A stretch of 64,000 nt of DNA from Azolla caroliniana (Eukaryota; Plantae; Polypodiophyta). Where the stretch lies: assembly GCA_043228905.1 (NCBI GenBank), contig JBHGNT010000002.1, positions 15,376,001-15,440,000 on the forward strand. Direction: 5' to 3'. A program made the position numbers and the translations under genes. Positions 37,947-51,100 of this stretch are shown piece after piece; the stretch's first letter is position 1, and the number at the start of each line of letters is the position of its first letter. The notes under the pieces were generated by a model. It made no database searches, had not been told where the DNA came from, and saw only the letters and a list, made by a program, of their open reading frames with translations.

Positions 37947-40900
37947 TGTTGGGAGACTGGTCCCTCCGGATGGGAAGGGAGAAGAACAATGCCGATGAAC
38001 AAGCTCGGCCGAGGCCAAAACCGGACGAGGAGTACCCGGCTACGGAGAGCCGGATGGTGCAGACCCGGTATGAACCGGACGAGGAGTACCCGGCTACGGA
38101 GAGCCGGATGGTGTAGACCCGGTATGAACTGGAAGAGGAGTACCCGGCTACGGAGAGCTGGATGGTGCAGACCCGGTATGAACCGGATGAAGAGACATAT
38201 TCGTAAATATGTTTCTGAGAGTCCATCGAGGCTATATTTGTAAATAGCTGAAAAGTCATATTAGTATAAATATGACTTAGGGCAAACTTTTAGATTGTTG
38301 TTGTTTTGTGGTTGTCATTCTTGTTGGTGCAAGAATAAGAGAGAGTGCGTAACTGTACATAGAGTGAGAGAGAGAAAGAGGTCGTTGCCTCTGTTGTAAC
38401 CGCCGCCTGTGGCGAAGATCGTGAGCACGAGGTCGTTGCCTCCGTGAACTCACTGTTTTGTACATTCTTACATAGTGACAGTTTGTAGCCTGTGGGCTGC
38501 CGTGGTTTTTCCCCTAGTTTGGGGTTTTCCACGTAAACCTCCTGTGTATCTTCCTCCTCTTTGTGTCGTGTTTTATTTCCCGTTTTCTGTGTATCATTCT
38601 AAGCTCGGTTGTGGCCGAGCATTGCGCATAAGGAACGTTGAGTTCCCGTCAAGTGGTATCAGAGCGAAATCGACACAGAAAATGGACGAATCGTTTGGCG
38701 GCATGTTCAAGCTCACCGGCTCCAACTATTCAGTGTGGAAGTCGAAGATGAGGGACATGCTCGTGGTTAAAGATCTTTGGCTACCGGTTCAGTTCGGGGA
38801 CAAGAGACCGGACAAGATCGACGCCACAATATGGGAGGTGATGCACATGAAGACAACGGCGTACATACGGTGCTTCATCGACATGAGCCTGTACAACAAC
38901 TTCAATGAAGAGAGCAAGGCTCATGAGCTCTGGGAGAAGATCGGCATAATGTTTCAAAACAAAAATGTTGTTAACCAGGTTTCGGTATTCCGGAAGCTAA
39001 TAAGACTCCGGTACCAAGATGGCTCCAGCATGGCGGAGCACATGAATGCCTTCCAGGGGTTGATCCACCAGGCAACATCCTTGGAGGTACTTCTCGCCGA
39101 TGAGGTACTAGCACTACTCCTGCTCGGTTCCCTCCCGGATAGCTGGGAGACGTTGGTTGTCACATTGGGCAACGCCGGGCCGGAAGGAAAGCGGTTATCC
39201 CTAGCAAGAGTAAAGTCGAGCTTGCTAGAGGAGGAGGCGCGTCGGAAAGATAAAGATACGAGCTCCGACTCCAAAGCGCTCCTTACCGAATCGGAACGCG
39301 GAAGACATAGAAACCGTAGTCCCCAGAACCGGGAGAAGTCGGGGACACGGTCAAAGTCAAGGGGGAGGCCCACTTGCTTCTATTGCGGCAAGCCGGGACA
39401 CTTCCAGAAGAACTGTCGGCATTTCCGAAAGGACAAGGAAACCAACGGTACCGATTCGAAGCGGATACCGGACTGGAACGGTAAAGACCAAAGGGGGCCG
39501 GACCGGAAGGGGACGACGGCAAACGCGGCAAGTGAAGAAGAGTTGATGCTCATCACCGAGGAGAGTGAGATAAACCTTGCCGACGACGAGATGACATGGG
39601 TGGTAGACTCCGGAGCATCGTTCCACCTTACCCCGGACCGGAAATGCTTCTCATCCTACTCAGCCGGTGATCACGACTGTGTCCGGATGGGGAATGAAGG
39701 TACATGCCGAATTATCAGCATAGGAGACGTGTGGTTGTCGACACCAACTCGATGCAAGTTGCTGCTAAAGGAGGTACGACACGTTTCGGAGGTTCGTCTG
39801 AACCTGATATCAGCCGATCGGCTAGATGATGAAGGCTACACGGGTAGCATCCGGAACGGTGTCATGAAGTTTAGCAAAGGGAGCCTGATTGTGGCTTGGG
39901 CCCGGAAGGTAAACACACTATACCTGATGAATGCCTGGTTATGTCCGGAAGAAGTGAATGTGGCATCCGACACTGCCGGTGAGCTATGGCACAAGAGGCT
40001 GTGTCATATGAGCGAGAAGGGGATGAAGAGGCTTGTAGACAACAACCTCATTCCAGTGAAGAATGTGCACTTGGAGAAGTGCACTGATTGTCTGGCCGGT
40101 AAGCAAAACCGGACCTCCTTCCGACCAAGGCCACCGATGAGACGTAATGCACCATTGGAGTTGGTGCATACGGATGTGTGTCAGGTAGACACGAAGTCAC
40201 ATGCCGGAGCGTAGTACTTCGTGACGTTCATAAATGACCACAGCCGGAAGCTCTGGGCCACACCGTTGAAGACGAAGGATCAGGTGTTATCCGTCTTCAA
40301 AGAGCTCCACGCGAGAGTGGAAAGAGAAACCGGCCGGAAGCTGAAGGCGGTTCGAGCAGATAACGGAGGAGAGTACCGGGGGCAGTTCGAGGAGTACTGC
40401 CGCTCGAAGGGAATCCGGCTCGAATTTACCGTGCCGAAGACGCCGGAACTAAACGGACTGGCCGAGAGGATGAACCGGACCATAATGGAGAGGGTCCGGA
40501 GTATGCTAGCGCATGCAAAACTACCCAAGAAGTTTTGGGCTGAGGCACTGTCGACGGCGACATATGTGATAAATAGATCACCCTCAGTACCCTTGGATGG
40601 AGACATGCCACAGAGAGTGTGGACCGGTAAGGAAGTATCCTACCGGCATTTGAAGGTGTTCAGGTGTCTTGCGTACGTGCATGTAGCTAAGGACCGGAGA
40701 GGAAAGTTAGATCCAAAGACCCGGCCATGCATATTCCTCGGTTACGGTGATGATGAGTTCGGCTACCGAGTGTGGGACCCGGTCGACAAGAAGGTATTCC
40801 GGAGTCGAGATATTATCTTCATGGAGGACAAGACGCTTGCCGACTGGGAGTCGGAGAAGAAGATAATGAACTCCGAGTCGACTGGTAAGGATAGACTCTA

Positions 40901-42182
40901 CGATGAGCAGACCCAACCGGCAAAAGACCGGTTAGCACTCGAGGAACCAGCCGGTTACGGTGAGGATACCGAACCGGCAGAAGAAGAAGTAGAGGAAGCT
41001 GAAACCGGAACCGGTCAAGACCCCGAATCGGATTCGGATGAAGAACAAATGGAGGAGCCGGTTACCAAAGCCCGAAGACGGAGATATCCTCTCAGAGAGA
41101 GAAGGGCCCCCCGGAGATTTCTGGATGCAGAGCATGTTCTGCTCACTGATGAGAGGGAGCCAGAAAGCTTCGAAGAAGCGAAGGAAGACACCCACAACCG
41201 AAAATGGTTAAGTGCCATGCAGGAGGAGATGGATTCCCTGCATGAGAACCATACGTACGAATCGGTGGAGCTGCCGAAAGGAAAGCGGGCACTCCGAAAC
41301 AAGTGGGTGTACAAGAAAGGGAAGGAGCACTTGGTATGCCGGTTGAAGAAGAGTCTCTACAGGTTAAAGCAGGCCCCCCGGCAATGGTACTGGAAGTTCG
41401 ACTCCTTCATGACCGATCAAGGGTACCACAAGACGCAGGCCGCCGATCACTGTGTCTTTGTGAAGAAGTTCGAAGGAGGTGACTTCCTGATACTCCTTCT
41501 GTACGTGGATACCAGCCGGTTTACATCCGGGTATGTAATGACGTATGCAAGGGGAGCTGTTTCGTGGCAGTCGAGGCTGCAGAAGACGGTTGCATTGTCA
41601 ACCACGAAGGCAGAGTACATGGCAGTTGTGGAAGTTGGCAAGGAAATATTATGGATGAAGGACTTCATCGGAGAGCTCGGTATCCGGCAAGATGAATACC
41701 AACTCTATTGCGACAGTCAAAGTGCCATCCACCTTGCTAAGAATGCAGCCTACCATTCCTAGACGAAGCATATCCAGCGGAGGTACCACTGGATCCGCGA
41801 AAGAGTAGATGAAGATCCACACGGCCGAGAACGGGTCAGATATGCTGACCAAAGTGCTGATACCCGACAAGCTGGATGCATGCCGGAAGAGAATCGGACT
41901 GGTAAGACACCCCATGCCAGAGTGAAAGGGGAGTTTGTTGGGAGACAGGTCCCTCCGGATGGGAAGGGAGAAGAACAGTGCCGATGAACAAGCTCGGCCG
42001 AGGCCGAGGCCGAAACCGGACGAGGAGTACCCAGCTACGGAGAGCCGGATGGTGCAGACCCGGTATGAACCAGATGAGGAGTACCCGGCTACGGAGAGCC
42101 GGATGGTGCAGACCCGGTATGAACCGGACGAGGAGTACCCGGCTACGGAGAGCCGGATGGTGCAGACCCGGTATGAACCGGA
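37947..42182 (+). mobile_element. Ty1/copia element with RT core deleted
   Basis: 5' LTR 37947-38651; PBS 38654-38665; gag-PR-INT nearly intact from 38682; PPT 41920-41933; the 3' LTR from 41936 matches the 5' LTR only to ~42182. Confidence 0.93.
38682..41925 (+). pseudogene. Copia gag-pol, internally deleted
   Basis: 579-aa and 513-aa ORFs separated by one TAG; deletion junctions WVYK|KGKEHL and LYVD|TSRFTSG. Confidence 0.9.
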
Positions 42183-43128
42183 AGTAATTGGAACCGGAGG
42201 CCTATAAAAGGATCCGGAAAGAAGTATAATGAGCGATAGAAGTAATAAGTTTGAGTTTGGATTTAAGTATTGTGTACCTTGTCTACTTACCATACTGTGC
42301 TTAATTTTATATCTTACGCGTTGTCGTGAAGAAGTTCGACCAGAGGCGGAAACCGGGAAATATTGGCTACATCGGCGGGGTGTAGCATGTGCGCTCACCC
42401 TTGTACATTTAGTGTGAATAACGAGGGCGCATTTATGGTGCCGTAGGGTAATCAAGTCGGGACAAGAATCCCATGTAATAAGGGATTTATCCCACGATGC
42501 TACGGATCCCTCTCCTTGATCTATAAAAGGGAGGGAGCGCCCTTGGTGAAGGGGTTGCCCATTTTTGGTAGTAGGGTATACCGTTAGAGGAAGAAACGTT
42601 CTCTCTTCCTCTTTCTTCCTCTCTTGTTTTAGGGTTTTCTTCTTGTTCTCCTCCGCTGCTTCTTCGTCGTTCTGTGTGTCGAGGCTTGACATCTAGTGTT
42701 TCTGTTTTTTGCCCTATTCTCTGTGCAAGACCCCGCTCGGCGTGACAAGCCCAAGAGCTCCCCGACCGGCGGCTTGGCAGTAGACAACAATTGTATCCTA
42801 TGCTACCTAGGTCCAGCTTGAAGTCGGTGTTGAATCTCGTTGCCTTGTAAATACATATACATTTGGTTGTGCATATTCGTGTCTCGGTCGGTGCTGTGTG
42901 CGTGTGTGAGAGTCAATGTTACGTGCTTGTTCTGTCTCTCTCTCTCTCTCTCTCCCTTTGGTTGCTTCCGGTGTGCTTCTGGGATGCCCCGGAAATGGTG
43001 AAGCACGACTTCCTACGCTTCGTCACTGCCTAGTCCAAGACCCCCGTGGTCCCGCCTGGAATCCTACACGTGAACGCGAAACTTCGCGCCATCTTTGGTG
43101 AACCCAACGTGAAGGGCGGCAAGGGAGA

Positions 43129-43785
43129 ATGGAGTTGGAAGAAGACGACTTCGCGCAACCTTTTATCGAAGCGGTGAGGGAGTTTGGACGGGCAACAACA
43201 AGACAAGAGTTAGCACAGCAAGCGGTTGAGCGAGTGGTCGAAAGAGTCGGCCGTTTCAATGGGGACAAGGTTCCATTCTACTTGGAAGCCTACAACGTGG
43301 AAATGGAGGTGCGTGGCGTAGACGAGGCGTTGAGGCTGGAGTTCTTCTGTCGGGTCGTAGCTGTCTGGATGCATGTGGGAATAAAGGAGCTCCGTGAGGC
43401 TCATAGTTCGTGGGAGGCCTTCAAAGAGGTGCTCCTGAAGGCATACGGAGGGCGGCCGAAAGGCCAGGGAAGGCGTGACTTCAACCAATGGATATCGTCG
43501 GCGAAGACCCACCGGGACGCAATGAAGGCGTTCTGAGAGTATGAACGGCGGCTTGCTCGGCTCCTGGAGCGAGAACAAGGTTTGGTGGGGGCGGACAAAG
43601 TCCTGTTGTTCGTTAAGTCGATCGACCCAGCGGAATGGGAGGCCATCGGGATTGAGCTCGAGGACGAGGACGGAGCAAATAGCCTCACCGAGGACTGGTC
43701 GAAGGTCGGAAGGGTGTGCCAACGGCTAGATGACGAGCGAGCCAAGAAGGCTAAGAGGAAGGCGTGCGACGGCGTGCCATCATAG
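43129..43785 (+). pseudogene. gag-like ORF
   Basis: Starts 15 nt after the PBS; VVERVGRFNGDKVPFYLEAY; a homologous start occurs at 57343; one in-frame stop. Confidence 0.6.
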
Positions 43786-44744
43786 CGGGAAGAGGCCGAA
43801 CAACAAAGAGAGTCGGCAAGGGTCGGCGTTGGGGCCAGGATTGCGGAGGCGTACGCAACTCTCGAGGCGATGCTCAAGGAAGAGGAAAGATCGAAACCGC
43901 GAGCCAACGCCGGGGAGGCGGACTTGCCCCACGAGATAGCAAGAGATCGGTACGACAGTGCCACGGGAGAGGGTGCGGAACAAAATGCCCTCTTGACTTG
44001 CGGAGAATTGCCGATTGAGGACACGGTCGGGAGCGGAGAAGAGCCCTCCACGTGGATTCCGGAGACTCCGGTGGTCGAGCCCGTGTGCCGACATGAGACC
44101 GGAGAGAAGGAAGACACCGACGAGGAGTCCTGGCACGATGCCAGCAAAGAGAGATGGGAAACGGCATGCGAGGAGGACAAGGACGGAGGCGGCATGGAAA
44201 GATCGGCATTCCGATTCGGATGGAGCGTGATCCGGATGTGGATGACTCGACTGAAACCGGCCCAAGGCGCGAAAGACCAGGGATGGGCTATAGAGCCCGA
44301 TCGGTAGGGCTCGATTCGGTACAATAGTGCCGGCGCGGAAGAGGGTGCGAAAAAAATCGCCCTCTTTTACATGAGGACACAAGCCGGCCAGGCGAAGGCC
44401 GAAAATCGGGAAGCTAGTGATCGAGGTTGCGGAGAGAGACCGGCAAGTTTCAAACACCGCTACCCGAAACTCCGGACATTGGAGAATCAAGTGCAGGCGG
44501 CACTTGATCGATCGAAGTCCAGATGCTTCTCACCGAACGTGCTTGGGAGCGGTACCTCGAACGAATGTCCGCAAATCATTACGGGACGGAAACACCACGT
44601 CTTATCCGGAGACTCAGGCAGCCGGCAACGAGCGCCAATGTGAGACCTGGAGAGATGGGAGATGGAGGCGGGTACGCGAGAAGGAGAGCAACGACAAGTT
44701 CGGGAGAAGTACAAAGGATGAAGAGGAGAATGAAGACCAGTCCT

Positions 44745-46260
44745 ACGGAGATCCTCACACCGATCCGGCTGTCGGCCCGAGTGCCGACGTGAGTCCTATA
44801 GGAGAGATCGGTGGCGACATGAGAATGGGACCCGGCAATCCAGAGAATGATGGACGAGAACTGGGCAGAGCGGACTTCCGGATAACCATTCCGGGAGGGA
44901 GGAAGAGGAGTCCTATGAAGAGGCCGAGAACACGATACGTCAGTACCACGGGAGAGGGTGTGGAGCGAGCCACCCTCTCGGCTTGCGAAAGAAGGAAGAC
45001 CTAGGATAATGGGTCAAAGATACGACGAGCCCGAGGAAGATCCTTCACACCGGCTCTAGAGACTCTAGCAGTTGGCTCGAGAGTCGGCGTGAGGCCTACA
45101 GTGATGATCGGTGGTGGCGAGGGGACGAAGGCAAAGAACTGTGGATGAGCGGTTTGCAAAGGTCCTCACACTGATCCGGCTGTCGGCCCGAGTGCCGGCG
45201 TGAGTCCTATAGGAAAGGACAGTGGCGGCAGGTGAATGCGACCAACTGAAGAGGCCGATGTGGAGGACGAATGCGACAAGCAGCGGTGCTGTGACCTTAC
45301 ACACACTGACCCTAGAGGCTCCGGCGGTTGGCCCGAGTGCCGGCGTGAGACCTAGAGTGACGGGCGGTGGCAGCGGCAAGGCGGGCAAACCGAGGTCTCA
45401 CGAAGATCCTCACACCGATCCGTTGGTCGGCCTGAGAGCCGGTGTGAGTCCTATAGGAAAGGACAGTGGCGGCAGGTGAATGTGATCGGACGACGGAAAG
45501 CAGAGAAGGAAGGTATCAGGCCGGTGAAGTGGCTACGAACCAAATCGGACCTACCGACAAGGTCACGGGCATAAGGAAGTTCGGTCCTACGGGATCCCCA
45601 CACCAGACCGGAGACTCCGGCAATTCGGCCAACGTGGCAACGTGAGACCTTGAGAGAAGGCTGATGGCGGCGGGAAACGGGACCCGGCTACGCGGAAGAC
45701 ACGAGGAGAGTTGCGAAGGACTCTGACAAAAGACACCCGAATTTCGGCAAGCAAAAAAACGGAGTCCGGTCCTATGGGACCCTCACACCGATCCGGAGAC
45801 TCCGGTAGTTCGGCCAACGTGGCAGCGTGAGACCTAGGGAGAAGGACGATGGCGGCAGGGAACGGGACCCGACAACATGAGATAGCGGATCGGGAGTCGG
45901 TAAGACGGAGGGCGGACAAAGTGCGAAACCCTTACCGGCCGGTTACGGTTTCGGAAGGAGCTGGTAGGGGCAAACACGGGGAGGTGTGTCGGGCCGGAAA
46001 GGCACACTTGGGACAGAACAAGAGTCTCGCAAGTGGCCATTGCGGGCTGGATCGAAGCGTGACTACGGGACGGTGTTCGGCACGGGCGGTGCCGAACAAA
46101 GGAAGTGGAACGCGGCACACGGAGGTGTCGAAGCAAAAAGGCGAGCGCGAAGAATGGGTTGCACGGTTTAGAGGTTGCGCGTAGAAGACCAGAGAAGGAT
46201 CCTCCACACCATTCCGAAGACCTTGGTGGTCCGAGCCGACGTGCCGACGTAAGACCAAGG
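44745..46260 (+). repeat. Dispersed degenerate internal repeats of element 1
   Basis: GATCCTCACACCGATCCGG...CGGCCCGAGTGCCGGCGTGAG core recurs near 44748, 45038, 45161, 45296, 45404, 45590, 45777 and 46197. Confidence 0.85.
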
Positions 46261-47000
46261 AGAAGGAAGGTGGCGGGGAGGGGACGAAGGCAGTGGGAAA
46301 CAACACGGGGCAACAATCAGGACCACGCGAATGGTTGACGGAGACCAGGCGGGCCACTACGGGCGTTCCTCAAGCGGAGGACATCAGGCATACGGCGGAG
46401 AGCGGAGCGTGCATACGGCCGAAGAAGGGCAAGTGGAAGTACGCGTACTACGGAGATCGCGACGAAGGACCCATTGACGGGTCAAACGAGCCTACGGGGA
46501 GGTAAGCGCGAAGGAAGAATCGAAGCCGACGATTCAAACCGGCAGCGAGCCAGGATGCGGATTATGGAAGATCGGTTTCTCACTGACCGAAATCTCTCAC
46601 CCTTCACCGGATTTGACACGTACCGGTGGACGTGCGGTTTGGTGGGGGCGGATGTAGTAGGGTTGCCCATTTTTGGTAGTAGGGTATACCATTAGAGGAA
46701 GAAACGTTCTCTCTTCCTCTTTCTTCCTCTCTTTAGGGTTTTCTTCTTGTTCTCCTCCGCTTCTTCTTCGTCGTTCTGTGTGTCGAGCCTTGACATCTAG
46801 TGTTTCTGTTTTCTGCCCTGTTCTCTGTGCAAGACCTCACTCGGCACGACAAGCCCAAGAGCTCCCCAACCGGCGGCTTGGCAGTAGACAACAGTTGTAT
46901 CCTATGCTACCTAGTTCCGGCTCGAAGTTGGTGTTGAATCTCGTTGCCTTGTAAATACATATACATTTGGTTGTGCATATTCGTGTCTCGGTCGGTGCTG

Positions 47001-48128
47001 TACATGGAGGCGGATCGACCCCGTGGGCGTGGAGGACGAGGTGGGTCAGCACGCAATGGAGAAGGCCGGCAAGAGCAGAACCGAAGGCACAGAGAAAGTG
47101 GCGACAGTAGTTCCGGACCCTCCCCAAGCAGGGGGAGTCATGCAAGTGCCGGGAACCGGCAAGGAAAGGTCGACACAGAATGCTGGTACTGTGGCAAGAA
47201 AGACCACAGATAAAGCGAGTGCTAGAAGAAGCGCACCGATTCGGATAAATCTGGATCCAACAAGACCGGACAGAGAAACCGGCAAAGCTTGCACTACGCA
47301 GAAGGATCGAAAGGATCAGAACCGGGAAGACTGAAAAAGGGCCAACATTCGTGATGAACCATAAGGCGAACTTGTTGAAGAAGACCAGTTCCGGATCAGA
47401 GAAAGTATGGTATGTTGATTCTGGAGCATCAAATCATATAACGAGCCACGAAGGGTGGTTCTCGTTTTTGGAGAAACCGAAACAACCGGAACAACCCCAC
47501 ACCCGATTGTGCATGTCGGAGAAGTCCATTTAAGCCATGTCGGACAAAAGGGAAAGCTGATGAACATATTACACATTTCGACTATCACAAAGAACCTGGT
47601 ATCGATCGGACAAAGGTTGACCAGGGAATGCAGGTGCGGTTTACGCACCTCGGGTGCTTCATCGAGGAAGAAGGCTGGATAATTGCGCAAGGGCACAAAG
47701 AAGGGAGGATGTTCATCCTCAACACAAATGACATCGGCATCGCCATGTTTGCTAAAGGACAAAATATTGAATCGGACATCGATCTCTGCCATAAGCGGAT
47801 TGGCCACATCAATTACCATAGGCTTCAAGCTCTGCAATCGAAACAAGTTGTGTTCGGATTGCCAAAGTTTAGTGGCCGGAAGGACCAAATATGTGAAGCC
47901 TGCCAACTCGGGAAGAAACATTGGCTTCCATTCCCCACCGAACAAAACCGGAGCCATAACAAGATCAATCTAATACATTCGGATGTAGGGGAATTGGCAT
48001 AGAATGTTAGTCTTGACGGGAGTTAGTATTTCATCTCCTTCATCGACGACTACAGCTGGCACACGTGGATCTACCTCATCGAGAAGAAAAGCGAAGTCTT
48101 CGACTGTTTCCGGAACCTTCAAAGCTTA
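47001..48128 (+). pseudogene. Copia gag-end/protease/GAG-pre-integrase fragment
   Basis: Homologous to 27615-28745 (CWYCGKKDH, WYVDSGASNH, CEACQLGK). Confidence 0.9.
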
Positions 48129-51100
48129 TGTTGGGAAATCGGTCCCTCCGGATGGGATCCGGTTATGAATGAAGAGGACTCGGTGAAAACCGAAAGAGAT
48201 CTGGAAACCGGATCGGGTGGACCCGGTGAGAATTGGAAGAGATCCGGAAACCGGATCGGATGGACCCGGTGAGAACTGGAAAAGAAGACATATTTGTAAA
48301 TATGTTTTGAGTAAGCCTATTGAGGCTATATTTGTAACTAGCCCTAAGTTCATATAAGTATAAATATGACTTAGGGCAATCACTTTACAAGGTTGTTATT
48401 ATATTGTTGTTGATATATAATTGTTGTACAGAGAGAGAGAGAGAGAGGAGATATAAAGTGATACTTTGTTGTAACCGCCGCTTGGCAAAGATACAGAGCT
48501 CGAGGTCGTTGCCTCCGAGTCCCGGGGAAAAACTCCGAGTCCCGTGGTTTTTCCCTATTAGCATTTGCCACGTAAACATCCGTGATACTTTCTTTTGGTG
48601 TACAAGTATTCATCTCTATTCCCATTTTTGTGTTTGATCCTTCTCATTGAAGTGATTCAAGATTTAGTTGTGGCTGAGCAATATTCCGCGCTATTCTCTA
48701 CAATCTGGTATCAGAGCGAACAACACAGAATGGAGAATCGTTCAACAACATGTTCAAGCTCACCGGCTCCAACTACTCAGCGTGGAAGTCGAAGATGAGG
48801 GACATGCTGGTGGTTAAAGATCTTTGGTTGCCGGTTCAATTCGGGGACAAGAGACCGGATAAGATCGTCGCCACAGTGTGGGAGGTGATGCACATGAAGA
48901 CGACGGTGTACATCCGGTGCTTCATTGACATGAGCCTGTACAACAACTTCAATGAAGAGAGCAAGGCTCATGAACGCTGGGAGAAGATCGACATCATGTT
49001 CCAGAACAAGAATGTTTTTAATTGGGTTTCGGTATTCCGGAAGCTAGTGAGTCTCCGGTACCAAGAAAACTCTAGTATGGCGGAGCACATAAATGCCTTC
49101 CAGGGGCTAATACATCAAGCAACCTCGTTGGAAGTACCTCTCGCCGATGAGGTACTCGCATTGCTCCTGCTTAGTTCCCTCCCGGATAACTGGGAGACGT
49201 TAATTGTTACGTTGGGATACACCGGGCCGGAAGGAAAGCAATTGTCCCTAGCAAGGGTAAAATCAAGCTTGCTAGATGAAGAAGCTCGCCGGAAGGACCG
49301 GGAGTCCGGAACCGATCTGAAGGCTTTGGTCACGGAAGATGACCAAAACCGGGGAAGAGGCCGGTATCAAAGTACTCAAAACCGGGACAACTCAGGGACG
49401 AGGTCGAAGTCAAGGGGGAGGCCCACTTGCTTCTATTGTGGGAAACTGGGGCAGTTCTAGAAGAACCGTCGGCATTTCCGAAAAGAGAAAGAAACCGGCA
49501 GCACCGATTCAAAGAAGAGTTCGGACCAAAATGGTTCGGACTAGAGAGGCTTGGATCGGAAAGGAACGTTGGCGATCACGACAAGTAAAGAAGAACTGAA
49601 GCTCATTACCGAGGAGAATGAGTTAAACCTTGTCGGCGACGAGACAACGTGGGTTATCGATTCCGGAGCATCGTTCCACCTGACACCGGACCAGAGATGC
49701 TTCTCATCCTACACAGCCGGTGATCATGGTTGTGTCCGGATGGGGAATGAAGGTACATGCTGAATTGTAGGCATAGGAGATGTGTTGTTGACGACATCAA
49801 CCAGATGCAAGTTGCTGTTGAAGGATGCTGACATGTTTTGGAGGTTTGCCGGTTGGGTAGATGATGAAGGCTACACGGGTAGCATCTGGAACGGAGTCAT
49901 GAAGTTCAGCAAGGGGAGCTTGATTGTGGCTCGAGCCCGGAATATCAACACATTGTACTTGATGCATGCCCGGATATGCTGAGAAGAAGTGAACACAGCA
50001 TCCAACAATGCCAGTGAGCTATGGCACAAGAGGTTGTGTCACATGAGCCAGAAGGGGATGAGAAGACTTGCCAAAGATAACCTCATTCCGGAGGTAAAAC
50101 ACGTGCATCTTGATAAGTGCATCGATTGTTTGGCCGACAAGCAAAATTGAACCTCCTTCCGGTCAAGAACACCGATGAGACAGAATGCACCACTGGAGCT
50201 TGTGCATACCAATGTGTGTCAAGTGGACACGAAGTCACATGCCGGATTGCAGTACTTCGTGACGTTCATAGACGACCACAACCGGAAGCTATGGGTCTCA
50301 CCGTTGAAGATGAAGGATCAAGTGCTATCTGTCTTCAAGGAGCTCCACGCGAGAGTGGAAAGAGAAACCGACCGGATGCTGAAGGCGGTTCGAGCGGACG
50401 ATGGAGGAGAGTACCGGGGGCAGTTCAAGGAGTATTGCCGGTCGAAGGGAATCCAGCTTGAGTTCACCGTGCTGAAGACGCCGAAACTAAACGGGCTGGA
50501 TGAAAGGATGAACCGGACCATAATGGAGAGAGTCTGGAGCATGCTTGCACATGCCAAGTTACCCAAGACGTTTTGTTTTGAGGCGCCGATGACGATGACC
50601 TATGCGATAAACAGATCACCCTCAGTACCCTTGGACGGAGACACTCCACAAAGAGTATGAACTGGTAAGGACGTATCCTACTGGCATCTAAAGGTGTTCG
50701 GATGTCTCGCTTACGTGCCTGTGGCGAAGGACAAGAGAGCAAAGTTGGATCCGAAGTCTAGTCCATGTATATTCCTTGGATACAGTGATGATGAGTTCGG
50801 TTACCGGGTGTGGGATTTGGTTGACAAGAAGATGTTCCAGAGTCGGGACATTATCTTCATGGAGGATAAGACCATTGCTGACTGGGAGTCGGGGAAAAAG
50901 ATAATGAATTCTGGGTTGACAAGCAAAGATCAGCTGAAGGAGTTGAGGACCCATCAAGCCGGAAGCCGGATGACACTCGAAGAACCGGTCGGATTCGGAG
51001 CAGAAACCGAACCGACCGAAGAAGAAGAAGAAGAAGACACCGGAACCAGACAAGATCCCGAATCGGATTTGGATTTGTAACAAATGGAGGAACCGGTAGT

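Larger units (their letters stand above)
42322..47000 (+). mobile_element. Non-autonomous LTR element 1 with tRNA-Trp PBS
   Basis: 5' LTR 42322-43091; PBS TGGTGAACCCAACGTGAA 43096-43113; gag-like ORF from 43129; no pol; PPT 46641-46652; deleted and truncated 3' LTR 46653-47000. Confidence 0.88.

Noticed and set aside
37990-38190. 60-bp repeats as a CRISPR array or repeat protein (PDEEYPATESRMVQTRYE)
   Set aside because: Head-to-tail repeats with no unique spacers, located inside LTR U3; the frame is open mainly because the period is a multiple of 3.
41649-42692. 347-aa minus-strand ORF
   Set aside because: Spans junctions of unrelated element parts and tandem repeats; a chance open frame.
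43700-46600. Many long overlapping ORFs on both strands (also 57500-60100)
   Set aside because: Expected in GC-rich sequence; no recognisable motif beyond the gag-like start.
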